This document shows positions 38,601 to 47,552 of a stretch of DNA of 64,000 nt, piece after piece. The DNA comes from Candidatus Lustribacter sp. (GTDB taxonomy: Bacteria > Vulcanimicrobiota > Vulcanimicrobiia > Vulcanimicrobiales > Vulcanimicrobiaceae). Where the stretch lies: the NCBI GenBank assembly GCA_965277805.1, contig OZ255842.1, positions 1,120,001 through 1,184,000 on the forward strand, given 5' to 3'. Both the position numbers and the translations under genes were made by a program. Positions within the stretch are counted from its first letter, which is position 1, and the number at the start of each line of letters is the position of its first letter. The notes under the pieces were generated by a model. That model made no database searches. It had not been told where the DNA came from and was given only the letters and a program-made list of their open reading frames with translations.

Positions 38601-39616
38601 ACCTGATCCCAGTACGCGAACGCGACGCCGATCGGCGAGGCGTAGATCGGCACGTAATCCACCACCGTGCCCGGCAGGCCGTCGGCCACCGCGGCGGCCG
38701 TGATCCAGTTGCGTACTTCGCCCGAGCCGTGCCCGATGCCGAGCACCATCCCGCTGCCGTTGCTCGCATAGCGCACCGAGCCGGGATCGGCGAAGTCGAC
38801 GGGCTGCGCGTAGCCGTCGAGCACCGCGGCCATCGCGCGCGCGTCGCCGGTGCGCACGCCCTCGAGAATGCCGCCGTCGAACGTTTCATCCAAAATCGGT
38901 TCAGGCGCGCGGAGCATGTGCCACAAGCCGCCCGATCCGACGACCGCGACGCTGAGGTCGAGCGGAATCGCTTCGATCGCATCGCGCAGCGCGCGGCCGA
39001 GTTCGTAGCAGCGCTTCCCGCGCGGCGCCGGACCGTAGCAGCAGTTCACCAGAAACGGAATCACTGGGATGTCGTAGGCCGGCGTGAGCACGGTCGCGGC
39101 GCGCATGATCGCGTGGCCCATGCCTTCTTCGGGATCGTTCATCTCGAGCGAGTACGAAACGTCGAAGCCGCGATCCATCAAGCCGACGGTTATCGCCTTT
39201 GCGAGTTCGGGATGGCCGTTGACAGTGGTCCAGTTTTCACCGTTTTTGACCCGCGCTTCGCGCTTCTTACCGTGCTTTGGCATGCCGAGATAGTGCGAGA
39301 TCTTCCAGCCTTCGAATTGCGCACCGACGAACACGTTGAACGCCGGCAAATTCTTGAAGTCGAACTGCTCGGTTTGATCGTCGCCGAAGATGATCAGGAC
39401 GTCGGGCCGTTTTGCGGCCACGTGGTTGCGCAGCACGTCGAACGCGCGCATGCAGCGCGCGTGTTTCTCCGCGGTTACCTCGGGCGAGTCGGTTGGAACC
39501 CGGGGCTTTTGCTTGCCGTCGGCGTAGCGTTCGGCGCCCTGGCTTACCCAGTCGTCGGGGCCGGCAAAAAGCCACGGGCTATGCGAGGTGCAGACGACGG
39601 TGGAGATACGGGCCAT
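38597..39616 (-). CDS. Class III extradiol ring-cleavage dioxygenase-like protein (LigB family)
   Basis: TSHSP; PDVLIIFGDDQ.EQF...PAF; GHPELA; GFDV; RCYELGRALR; GSGGLWH; FD; GEVRNW. Confidence 0.8.
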   Translation of the reverse strand: MARISTVVCTSHSPWLFAGPDDWVSQGAERYADGKQKPRVPTDSPEVTAEKHARCMRAFDVLRNHVAAKRPDVLIIFGDDQTEQFDFKNLPAFNVFVGAQFEGWKISHYLGMPKHGKKREARVKNGENWTTVNGHPELAKAITVGLMDRGFDVSYSLEMNDPEEGMGHAIMRAATVLTPAYDIPVIPFLVNCCYGPAPRGKRCYELGRALRDAIEAIPLDLSVAVVGSGGLWHMLRAPEPILDETFDGGILEGVRTGDARAMAAVLDGYAQPVDFADPGSVRYASNGSGMVLGIGHGSGEVRNWITAAAVADGLPGTVVDYVPIYASPIGVAFAYWDQV

Positions 39617-39655
39617 CGTGAGGCGCTTTCAATGCAGGAACATTGTTGCCCCGCT

Positions 39656-39681
39656 AATACGATACAGTAAGTGTCTGTATT
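39656..39681. promoter_or_regulatory. Possible TetR operator (imperfect palindrome over the tetR start)
   Basis: AATACGATAC-AGTAA-GTGTCTGTATT in the 54-bp divergent gap, overlapping GTG 39671. Confidence 0.35.
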
Positions 39682-40279
39682 GAAATCGCTGCCGGCCGGC
39701 TCCCCGGTTCCCGCTAAGGCGGGCCGTCCGCTGAGCGTCGAGACCGGGCAGGCGATCGTCGCTGCCAGTGAGGCGTTGCTCGTCGAAGCCGGCTATAGCG
39801 GCCTGAGCATCGAGCGGGTGGCCCAGCGCGCGGGCGTAACGCGCCAGACGATCTACCGGCGCTGGACCACGAAGATCGACCTCGTTGCGGCCGTGCTGGC
39901 CCAGCGCGACGAAAGCGAACCCGAGGGCATTCCCGATACGGGTTCGGTTCGCGACGATCTGGCGATCCTCGCCCACCGCTTCGCGATCCGCCAACGTCCC
40001 GGACCGCCGTTCTTGCACTCCCTCGTCGTCGAGGCGCAGTACGACGAGAAGCTGGCGGAAGTGGTCGATGCGTATCTTGGATCGCGCCGCGACCAGGCGG
40101 AGACCGTCATCTGCCGCGCGCGCGACCGCGGTGAACTGCGCGCCGATATCGACGTTGAAGCGCTGGCCGATCTGTTTTACGGCTTCGCTTGGTATCGCCG
40201 TTTGATCAAACGCGTCGCGATCGACGATGCCGACTACGCACGCGTGATCGACGCGCTGCTGCAATCTTCTTGGAGGTAA
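39671..40279 (+). CDS. TetR/AcrR family transcriptional regulator
   Basis: GRP...LSIERVAQRAGVTRQTIYRRW; PDTGSVRDDL; ARDRGELR. Confidence 0.93.
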   Translation: MSVLKSLPAGSPVPAKAGRPLSVETGQAIVAASEALLVEAGYSGLSIERVAQRAGVTRQTIYRRWTTKIDLVAAVLAQRDESEPEGIPDTGSVRDDLAILAHRFAIRQRPGPPFLHSLVVEAQYDEKLAEVVDAYLGSRRDQAETVICRARDRGELRADIDVEALADLFYGFAWYRRLIKRVAIDDADYARVIDALLQSSWR

Positions 40280-40280
40280 C

Positions 40281-41402
40281 ATGTTCCGCGATCAGCTGGT
40301 CATCGACGTTCACGGGCACCTTTCATCGCCGCCGCACGTGCGCGCCTACGCCTACAACCTGATCGCGCTGCGGAATCGGCCGAGCAAATTCGACCTGACG
40401 GACGAGCAGGTGAAGCCCGCCATGGATCGCCATCTGCGGATGCTCGATTCGCACGATATCGACGTGCAGCTGCTCTCGCCGCGGCCGGTCGCGATGATGC
40501 ACTGGGAGCGCCCGTTTTTGGTCGAACCGTGGACGCGCACCGTCAACGATTTGATCGCGCAGCAGATGCGCATCGCGCCGAATCGTTTTGCCGGCGTCGC
40601 CGGGCTGCCGCAAAATTCCGAGCTCGACACGTCGAACTGCATTGCCGAACTCGAGCGCGCGGTCAACGAGCTCGGTTTCGTCGGCGCGATCGTCAACCCC
40701 GATCCGGCCGGCGACGGCAAGACGCCGGGCATGGACAAGCCGTATTGGTTCCCGCTCTACGCGAAGGCCGAGGAACTCAACGCCACGCTGGTCGTTCATC
40801 CATGCGGCAGCCGCGATCCGCGGCTCGAATCGGTCGCGCGCTCCTATCAGTTCAGCAACCTCGTCGAAGAAACGCTCGCCACGCAGTTGCTCGAACAGAA
40901 CGACGTGTTCACACGGTTTCCGAAGCTGCGCGTAGTCGTGTGCCATTGCGGTGGCGCCCTCAACCGGCTGCTCAGCACGAACAAGCCCGTGGACTACGTG
41001 GCCTATGCGCGCGGTGAAGACAACCTCGTGCGCGACAGCGGGGAGAAATCGGGCGGACAGGTCGGCATTCCGGTCACGTGGAGCTACGCCGGCAACACCA
41101 AGCCCGTTGCCTCCAGCCTGGTCGACAACCTGTTCTTCGATAGCTGCGCGTACGATCCGTACTTCGTGCAGACGGCGATTCGCCAGCGCGGCGTCGACCG
41201 GATTTTGCTCGGTACCGAAGCGCCGGGCGCGGGCACACATCAAATCAACCCGCAGACGAACGCGCCGGCCGACGACCTCGTGAAGATGATCGACGGGTTC
41301 GACTTCCTTACCGATGACGACAAACTCGCGATCTTCAACAAGAACGCGTTGCGCGCGTTCCCGCGGCTGAAACTGCCCGCGGCGACACCGGCCGGAACGT
41401 AA
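40281..41402 (+). CDS. Amidohydrolase-2 family protein, LigJ (4-oxalomesaconate hydratase)-like
   Basis: IDVHGH; LSPRP; NDLIA; LPQ; IAELERAVNELGFVG..VNPDP; W.PLY; FPKLR...HCGG; GTEAPG. Confidence 0.8.
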   Translation: MFRDQLVIDVHGHLSSPPHVRAYAYNLIALRNRPSKFDLTDEQVKPAMDRHLRMLDSHDIDVQLLSPRPVAMMHWERPFLVEPWTRTVNDLIAQQMRIAPNRFAGVAGLPQNSELDTSNCIAELERAVNELGFVGAIVNPDPAGDGKTPGMDKPYWFPLYAKAEELNATLVVHPCGSRDPRLESVARSYQFSNLVEETLATQLLEQNDVFTRFPKLRVVVCHCGGALNRLLSTNKPVDYVAYARGEDNLVRDSGEKSGGQVGIPVTWSYAGNTKPVASSLVDNLFFDSCAYDPYFVQTAIRQRGVDRILLGTEAPGAGTHQINPQTNAPADDLVKMIDGFDFLTDDDKLAIFNKNALRAFPRLKLPAATPAGT

Positions 41403-41404
41403 CG

Positions 41405-42679
41405 ATGCTGACCGCCGAGCAGAACGAACTCGTCACGCGCACCGGCCCCGGCACGCCGGGCGGCGCGATGATGCGCAGCTACTGGCAGCCCGTCGCGCTC
41501 TCCGAAGAACTACCGGGTCCCGGCGATCCGATCCCGGTGCGCATTCTCTCCGAAGATCTCGTGCTGTTTCGCGATGAAACGGGCGCGCCCGCGCTGATGG
41601 GCTTGCGCTGTCCGCACCGGCAGACCGACCTGAGTTACGGCCGCGTCGAGGACGGCGGTTTGCGCTGCGTTTATCACGGCTGGCTGTTTGCCAAAGACGG
41701 ACGCTGTCTCGAACAGCCCGGTGAGCCCGCCGACAGCACCTACGCGAGCCGCGTGCGGCACACGGCGTATCCGTGCATCGAAGCGGGCGGCGTGATCCTC
41801 ACCTATATGGGCACGGGCGAGCCGCCGCCGCTGCCGGGCCTGCCGTTTTTGCTGGCGCCCGCCGAGCATTCGTACGCGACGAAGGTCCTGCACGAGTGCA
41901 ACTACCTGCAGGGGAACGAAGGCAACATCGACCCGCAGCACGTGTCGTTTCTGCACCGTCTCAAGGTTCCGCGGCGCACCAACGACCGCGCCGTGAACGT
42001 GATCTACAACGACGTTGCGCCCACGATCACGATCGAGGAATCGCCCTTCGGCTTTCGCACCTACGCCCGCCGTCACGCTAGCGCGGGGACCGACATGGTG
42101 CGCGTGACGAACTTCATCATGCCCAACCTCTCCGCGTTCGTCGGCACGCCGCGCATCGATCCCAAGGTCCAGCCGCGCGACGAGAACGACGGCTACCAGC
42201 ACCATTGGCACGTGCCGATCGACGATACGCACCACTGGAAGTACGTGATCGTGCACCGTTATGCCGGGCCGATCGACCGCGCCTACGTGGCGGGTGAATG
42301 CGACACGCGGGGCGACGAGCGCTACGTCCCGCAACGCAACGCCGCGAATCGCTACGGACAAGACCGCGAGGAGTTACGGCGCGGCGATACGTTCATCGGG
42401 ATGGGAACGCGCTTTCAGGACCACGACAAGTTTGCGACCGAGAGCCAGGGCGCGATCTGCGACCGTTCGCTCGAACACCTCGCCACGACCGACCGCGGGG
42501 TGATCACGATGCGCCGCCAGCTGCTCGAAGCGATCGACGCCGTTCAGGCCGGAAAGGATCCGCTGATGATCGATCGCCCCGACGGCGTCGATCCGTTGGC
42601 CGAGATGGTCGTGCGGGCGGCATACGTTCCGAAAGACAGCGAAACGCTCGGCTTCTGGCGCAGCGTGGCGGCCGTATGA
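41405..42679 (+). CDS. Rieske non-heme iron oxygenase (phthalate 4,5-dioxygenase-like alpha subunit)
   Basis: TRTGPGTPGG.MMR.YWQP; CPHR...CVYHGW Rieske motif; EGNIDPQHVSFLH; QDHD...ESQG; EHL..TD. Confidence 0.9.
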   Translation: MLTAEQNELVTRTGPGTPGGAMMRSYWQPVALSEELPGPGDPIPVRILSEDLVLFRDETGAPALMGLRCPHRQTDLSYGRVEDGGLRCVYHGWLFAKDGRCLEQPGEPADSTYASRVRHTAYPCIEAGGVILTYMGTGEPPPLPGLPFLLAPAEHSYATKVLHECNYLQGNEGNIDPQHVSFLHRLKVPRRTNDRAVNVIYNDVAPTITIEESPFGFRTYARRHASAGTDMVRVTNFIMPNLSAFVGTPRIDPKVQPRDENDGYQHHWHVPIDDTHHWKYVIVHRYAGPIDRAYVAGECDTRGDERYVPQRNAANRYGQDREELRRGDTFIGMGTRFQDHDKFATESQGAICDRSLEHLATTDRGVITMRRQLLEAIDAVQAGKDPLMIDRPDGVDPLAEMVVRAAYVPKDSETLGFWRSVAAV

Positions 42680-43845
42680 AACGCGCACTGACCGTTCTCG
42701 CCGCGCTCGCGCTGCTGGTTGCGCCGGTCCCCTCACGCGCCCTCGACGGCCCGCCGGTCGAGATCGATGCGATGCTCTCGATGACCGGCGCCGGCGCGTT
42801 CTTCGCAACCTCGGCGGCCAAAACGCTGACGATCATCGAAGGTCTCGTCAACAGCACCGGCGGCATCGCGGGCCGTCCGCTCAAGTTCGTCGTGATCGAC
42901 GACGGCTCGAACCCGCAGACCGCGGTCGAGCTCGCGACGCAACTGGCGGCGAAGAAAATTCCCGCGATGCTCGGCCCCTCGCTCACCGCAACGTGTTCGG
43001 CGATGCTGCCGATCGTGACGAAGAGCGGCCCGGTGTCGTACTGCATCTCGCCGTCGGTCCGGCCCGATCCGGGCAGCTACATGTTCTCCAACGGCCCGAC
43101 CGGTGAGGACGGCGCGGCGGTGCTGCTGCGGTACATCTTGCAGCACGGCTACACGCGCATCGCGATCCTGAACTCGACCGATGCGAGTGGTCAGGCGGTC
43201 GACAAGTCGCTCGAACTCGCTCTGGCGGAGCCGGAGTTCCACTCGCTCCAAGTCGTCGCGCACCAGCACTTCGCGCCGCTCGACGTGAGCGCCGCGGCCC
43301 AAATCTCGCAGATCAAAGCAGCGAATCCGCAGGCCTTGATTTCGTGGGCCGTCGGCACGCCGTTCGGCACCGTCTTGCGCAGCGCGAGCGACGGCGGGCT
43401 CGAGATTCCAATCTTCACCGGCGCCGGCAATCAAACGGCCGACCAGATGAAACAGTACGCGCACATGCTGCCCAAGCAAATCTATTTTGAGAGCATGCTC
43501 GATATGGCGCCGGGCGCGATCGTGCCGCCGCCGATCGCGAAGAAGCAAGCGATCTACTTCAAGGCCTTCAGCGCCGCCGGCGTGCAAACCGACGGCGGCT
43601 ACGGCGGCATCTGGGATATGGCGATGATCTACGTCGACGCGTTCCGGCATTACAACGGCACGCCGACGGCCGACCAAGTTCACGACTTCATCGAACGTCA
43701 GCGTGCCTATCCCGGCGTCAGCGGCGTCTACGACTACGGGAAGTACGCGCAGCGCGGCGTCGGCCAGGACGGCGACATGATTTCGACCTGGAACGCCGGC
43801 ACCCAATCGTTTACGGCCGCGAGCAAACCAGGGGGCCGAAAGTAG
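42676..43845 (+). CDS. ABC transporter substrate-binding protein, branched-chain family
   Basis: ATGA overlap; signal; SMTGAGAF, GGIAGRPL...DDGSNP; GVSGVYD; paralogous to 16334-17503. Confidence 0.85.
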   Translation: MKRALTVLAALALLVAPVPSRALDGPPVEIDAMLSMTGAGAFFATSAAKTLTIIEGLVNSTGGIAGRPLKFVVIDDGSNPQTAVELATQLAAKKIPAMLGPSLTATCSAMLPIVTKSGPVSYCISPSVRPDPGSYMFSNGPTGEDGAAVLLRYILQHGYTRIAILNSTDASGQAVDKSLELALAEPEFHSLQVVAHQHFAPLDVSAAAQISQIKAANPQALISWAVGTPFGTVLRSASDGGLEIPIFTGAGNQTADQMKQYAHMLPKQIYFESMLDMAPGAIVPPPIAKKQAIYFKAFSAAGVQTDGGYGGIWDMAMIYVDAFRHYNGTPTADQVHDFIERQRAYPGVSGVYDYGKYAQRGVGQDGDMISTWNAGTQSFTAASKPGGRK

Positions 43846-43863
43846 GCCCAGAAGCGTACGGAT

Positions 43864-44595
43864 ATGACGCAAACGCTCGATCCATCCTCGACCAAATACG
43901 GCGATCTCATTGCCCGCGCGGTGCGCATTTGCAACGCCGCCTTAGTCATGGATCGCAACGGCCACGTGAGCCAGCGCGACGAACACGATCCGAACGTGTT
44001 CTGGATCAATAATCGACATGCGAGCCGCTCGTCGCTCACGGCCGAAGACATCGTGCCGTTCGACATCGCTGCCGGGCGCCGGATCGGTGAGGGCATCGAG
44101 CCGCCGAGCGAGTGGCACATTCACCGCGAGATCTATCGCCGGCATCCCGACGTCGGCGGCATCGTGCATTCGCATCCGCCGTTTATCTTCGCGCTCTCGG
44201 CCGTCGGCAAGAAACTACAGCCGCTGATCCCTTCGGCCGCGTTCATTCCCGAAGCCGGTGCGCCCGTGTTCGACTCAGCCGTGCTGATCAACACGGAGAC
44301 GCGCGGCAAGGCGATGGCCGATGCGATGGGCGCGGAAAATATCGTCGTGCTGCGTCAACACGGCACGGTCGTGATGGGGATATCGGCGGAAGAAGCCGTC
44401 GTGCGCATGATCAACGCGGAAGAAAACGCGCACGCGCAACACCAAGCCCTGCAGATCGGTACCCCGACGTATTTCGCCGGCAGCGAGCTGGCGACGATGC
44501 GCAGCGAGCAAGGCGGAGCGCACGGCAACCGCAAGTCCTATCACTACTGGGAAGAAACCGCTCGCAAAATGGGAGCGCTCGACGGCCTCGACTAA
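43864..44595 (+). CDS. Class II aldolase/adducin family protein
   Basis: GHVSQR; PPSEWHIHREIYRRHPDVGGIVHSH; LRQHG. Confidence 0.9.
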   Translation: MTQTLDPSSTKYGDLIARAVRICNAALVMDRNGHVSQRDEHDPNVFWINNRHASRSSLTAEDIVPFDIAAGRRIGEGIEPPSEWHIHREIYRRHPDVGGIVHSHPPFIFALSAVGKKLQPLIPSAAFIPEAGAPVFDSAVLINTETRGKAMADAMGAENIVVLRQHGTVVMGISAEEAVVRMINAEENAHAQHQALQIGTPTYFAGSELATMRSEQGGAHGNRKSYHYWEETARKMGALDGLD

Positions 44596-44813
44596 CGCTC
44601 GGCGGTCTGCACCGTGCCGTTTGGTAAGGCGGTCTTGAGCATATCGACGATGCGCTGCGCCCACGGTTCGAGCTGGGCCGGCGCGTAGAGATAGTCATAC
44701 CGCGATTCGTTGGTTGCGCGCCACCAATTCTTTGCGTTACGTCCGTGAAAACGCACGTATGCGATGCCGCACGTACCGACACGAACCGACGACTTGCTCC
44801 TTCGCTTGGCCAT
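44592..44813 (-). pseudogene. DUF72 family remnant with large internal deletion
   Basis: 73-aa frame joining the DUF72 N-terminal VRVGTCG directly to the C-terminal AYVRFHGRN...RYDYLY...LEPW motifs. Confidence 0.7.
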
Positions 44814-44855
44814 ATGTCTTGTGTACCACATTACCGCGAAGGGTATGGGGTCCGA

Positions 44856-45812
44856 GTGAAACCTCATCGACTCGCCCGCGTCGTTACCGGCGTTCTTGCG
44901 GCAGGCACGGTTGCCATTGGCGCCATCGTGAACCGATCTGCGCGCGCCACGGAACGTGCGAACCCGCCGGAAGGGCAGTTCATCGACGTGGACGGCGTCA
45001 AGCTGCATTACATCGAGCGCGGCGCGGGGCCGCCGATCGTTCTCTTGCATGGTAACGGAGTGAGCGCCCGCGATTGGGAGTTGAGCGGTGTGCTCGATGC
45101 GCTGGCTGCGAGCCATCGCGTGATTGCCTTCGATCGGCCGGGGTTCGGCTACAGCGAACGTCCGCGCGGCATCCGCTGGACGCCGTTTCGTCAAGCTGCG
45201 CTGCTGCATAACGCGCTGGCGGTGTTGGACGTGAAGCGGCCCGCCGTCGTCGGACACTCGTGGGGCACCCTCGTCGCGCTGGCGTTGGCGCTCGATTTCC
45301 CCGCCGACGTCGACCGCTTGGTCTTAGTTTCGGGCTATTACTTTCCGTCGGCGCGGCCGGATGTGTTGCTGCAAGGTGCGCCTGCGATTCCGATCGTCGG
45401 CGATGTCATGAGCCAGACCATTTCGCCGGTGCTTGCCCGCTTGATCACGCCGTTAACCGTGAGCCAGGTGTTCGCACCGGCACCGGTCCCGCCCGTGTTT
45501 GCAAAGCTGCCGCTCTCGATGTCGCGCCGCCCCTCGCAGCTTCGGGCGGCCGCGCAAGAAGCATTGGAAATGGTGCCCGCTGCGGCGCTCTTATCACAGC
45601 GTTACGGTGAACTCGACCTGCCCATTGCGATCATCGCGGGCAGCGGCGACAAAGTCGTCGATCCCGCTGCGCACTCGAACCGTCTAGCGCAACTGACGCT
45701 GCACCACGATGCGGAACTCGTGGAAGGGGCGGGTCATATGGTGCACTATTACGCCCCCGGACGCATCGCTGCGGCGATCAACCAAATGCAAACCGCGGAG
45801 AAGGTCGCCTGA
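44856..45812 (+). CDS. Alpha/beta fold hydrolase
   Basis: LLHGNG; FDRPGFGYS; VGHSWG; GSGDKVV; GAGHMVH. Confidence 0.92.
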   Translation: MKPHRLARVVTGVLAAGTVAIGAIVNRSARATERANPPEGQFIDVDGVKLHYIERGAGPPIVLLHGNGVSARDWELSGVLDALAASHRVIAFDRPGFGYSERPRGIRWTPFRQAALLHNALAVLDVKRPAVVGHSWGTLVALALALDFPADVDRLVLVSGYYFPSARPDVLLQGAPAIPIVGDVMSQTISPVLARLITPLTVSQVFAPAPVPPVFAKLPLSMSRRPSQLRAAAQEALEMVPAAALLSQRYGELDLPIAIIAGSGDKVVDPAAHSNRLAQLTLHHDAELVEGAGHMVHYYAPGRIAAAINQMQTAEKVA

Positions 45813-45815
45813 GGC

Positions 45816-47552
45816 CTACGGGTTAGGCACGCCGCCGCCGAATGCTTCGAGAAAGTCGAAGCGCAGACCGGACCACCCTGCACCTTCACCGGGCCCGGAG
45901 TTGCGCGCATACCAGACCAACGTGCGGCCGTCCGTGCCGCGCGAGCGGCGGAACGCGATGCCCGCGTCGATGCCGACGTGCGTGAGGATGCGATCCGTTA
46001 GGAAGAACGGCACGCCCGGTTCGAGCACGCTCGCGTGCGCCGGAACCGGTTGCGGTCCGCTCCCCGTCTCGCGCTCCAGCACACCGCGGCGGAAGTACAG
46101 CCCGCCGGCGGGCGTCTGAATCGGTACGAGCGGAATCCAGTTGTACGGCACCACGCTCTCGAGCGTGTAATACACCGGCGGATCGCCGGGCAACGCCGCC
46201 GGAACCGGAACGGGATCCAGCGCGCGCGCTGCGAGATAGGCTTCGAACGCATCGACCGGAACGTCGAGCGTGCCGTGCAGCTCGTGTTCCACTGCCCAGC
46301 CCATCGCCGCCATGTCGTCGCGCAGAAAATGGACGTTCTCGATCGGCGGGCCTTCGTCGGTGACGCCGAGCGCGGGCGCGATAAAGATGAACGGTGAACG
46401 TGCGCCGTTGCCCGATAATTTGAACATCGACCACGGCGCCGTTCCAGGCTGTACCGTCGTTTCTTCCGCAGAACGGATCAATGTGCGCTGACCGAACGTA
46501 TCGGTCACGATGAGGGTGTCGATGGTGCTCATCGTACCGACGTCCGTCGGCAATGGGACGATGAACCAATCGTTGCCGTACGTCAGCGCGAATTCCATCA
46601 CCAGCATCGTCGCGAGGTCCACGGTTTGCACGTCGAGCGCGCCGAAGTCGGTCTTTTGCGTTTCGAACGACCACCAGCGTGGCTCGGGCATCCCCCGGAA
46701 CGTTACGTGTTGCGGCAAGAACGCGAAACTCGTCGACGTGCTCGTGGCCGGCGGCAATCCGGCGATCACCGGATCGTTCGTGCCGAGCGCGAACGAGTGC
46801 CAATCCAGATGTCCGCCGGGGAACCCGTCGGCGTGCAGCGTCAGATCGTCCCCCGGCAGTGGTGAACCGACCGCGAAATCGTACGCCAGCCCCTCAGGTT
46901 GCCAGGCGCGGTCGTTGGCCGGTTCGCTGTAGATGCCGCGCCGGTAGGCGACGAAGGCGGTAAGAATTGCGGCAACGGCCGGATCGGTGGCGGCCGCCGG
47001 AAGTGGCGGAGCCCCGGCGGCACCCGTTGCCGAGAGGTAAAGCTGCACGCCGTCGACCACGCGCCCCATCGCGAGCGACCTGAACAAGTTGCCGTCGACG
47101 CCGTCGAAGGTTACATCGTCGGCGCTTTGCGGCGCAATCATAAACGCGCTGCGAAAGGCATCGCGCACCGTCGCGGGCTGACCGGCGGCGATGAGCGCGC
47201 GCTCGAAGAACAAACCGAGCTGCACCGATGCGCGCAACTTCGTCGTGACCGGCTCGCGTTCGACGTGCACTTCGAGCGGCAGCGCCATGTCGAGCGCGAC
47301 CGCGTTCGCCGGATCGTCGCCGGGACGGTAGGTCGAGAGCGTGCGATTCGTGACGCCGATCGTTGCCGCGACAGGTGACCCGGCGTCTTCGCCCGCGAAT
47401 TCACCGACTTGCCACTGCCGGGCCAACATCCACGCGGCATCGCGGATTTGCGCCTGCAGACCGCGCGCCAGGGTGCCGTCACGCGGTTTCGGCTCGATCC
47501 GCGTCCAGGCGGTGATCGACGGCGTGAGCGTTCGCACGCTGCGCTCAAGCAT
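45816..47552 (-). CDS. Conserved hypothetical protein (last gene of the PLD-DUF6603 operon)
   Basis: WTRIEPKPRD...LQAQIRDAAWMLARQWQVGEFAGEDAGSP; GGHLDWHSF; FRGMPEPRWWSFE; EFALTYGNDWF; RDDMAAMGWAVE; SGLRFD. 8-nt overlap with the upstream gene. Confidence 0.8.
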   Translation of the reverse strand: MLERSVRTLTPSITAWTRIEPKPRDGTLARGLQAQIRDAAWMLARQWQVGEFAGEDAGSPVAATIGVTNRTLSTYRPGDDPANAVALDMALPLEVHVEREPVTTKLRASVQLGLFFERALIAAGQPATVRDAFRSAFMIAPQSADDVTFDGVDGNLFRSLAMGRVVDGVQLYLSATGAAGAPPLPAAATDPAVAAILTAFVAYRRGIYSEPANDRAWQPEGLAYDFAVGSPLPGDDLTLHADGFPGGHLDWHSFALGTNDPVIAGLPPATSTSTSFAFLPQHVTFRGMPEPRWWSFETQKTDFGALDVQTVDLATMLVMEFALTYGNDWFIVPLPTDVGTMSTIDTLIVTDTFGQRTLIRSAEETTVQPGTAPWSMFKLSGNGARSPFIFIAPALGVTDEGPPIENVHFLRDDMAAMGWAVEHELHGTLDVPVDAFEAYLAARALDPVPVPAALPGDPPVYYTLESVVPYNWIPLVPIQTPAGGLYFRRGVLERETGSGPQPVPAHASVLEPGVPFFLTDRILTHVGIDAGIAFRRSRGTDGRTLVWYARNSGPGEGAGWSGLRFDFLEAFGGGVPNP

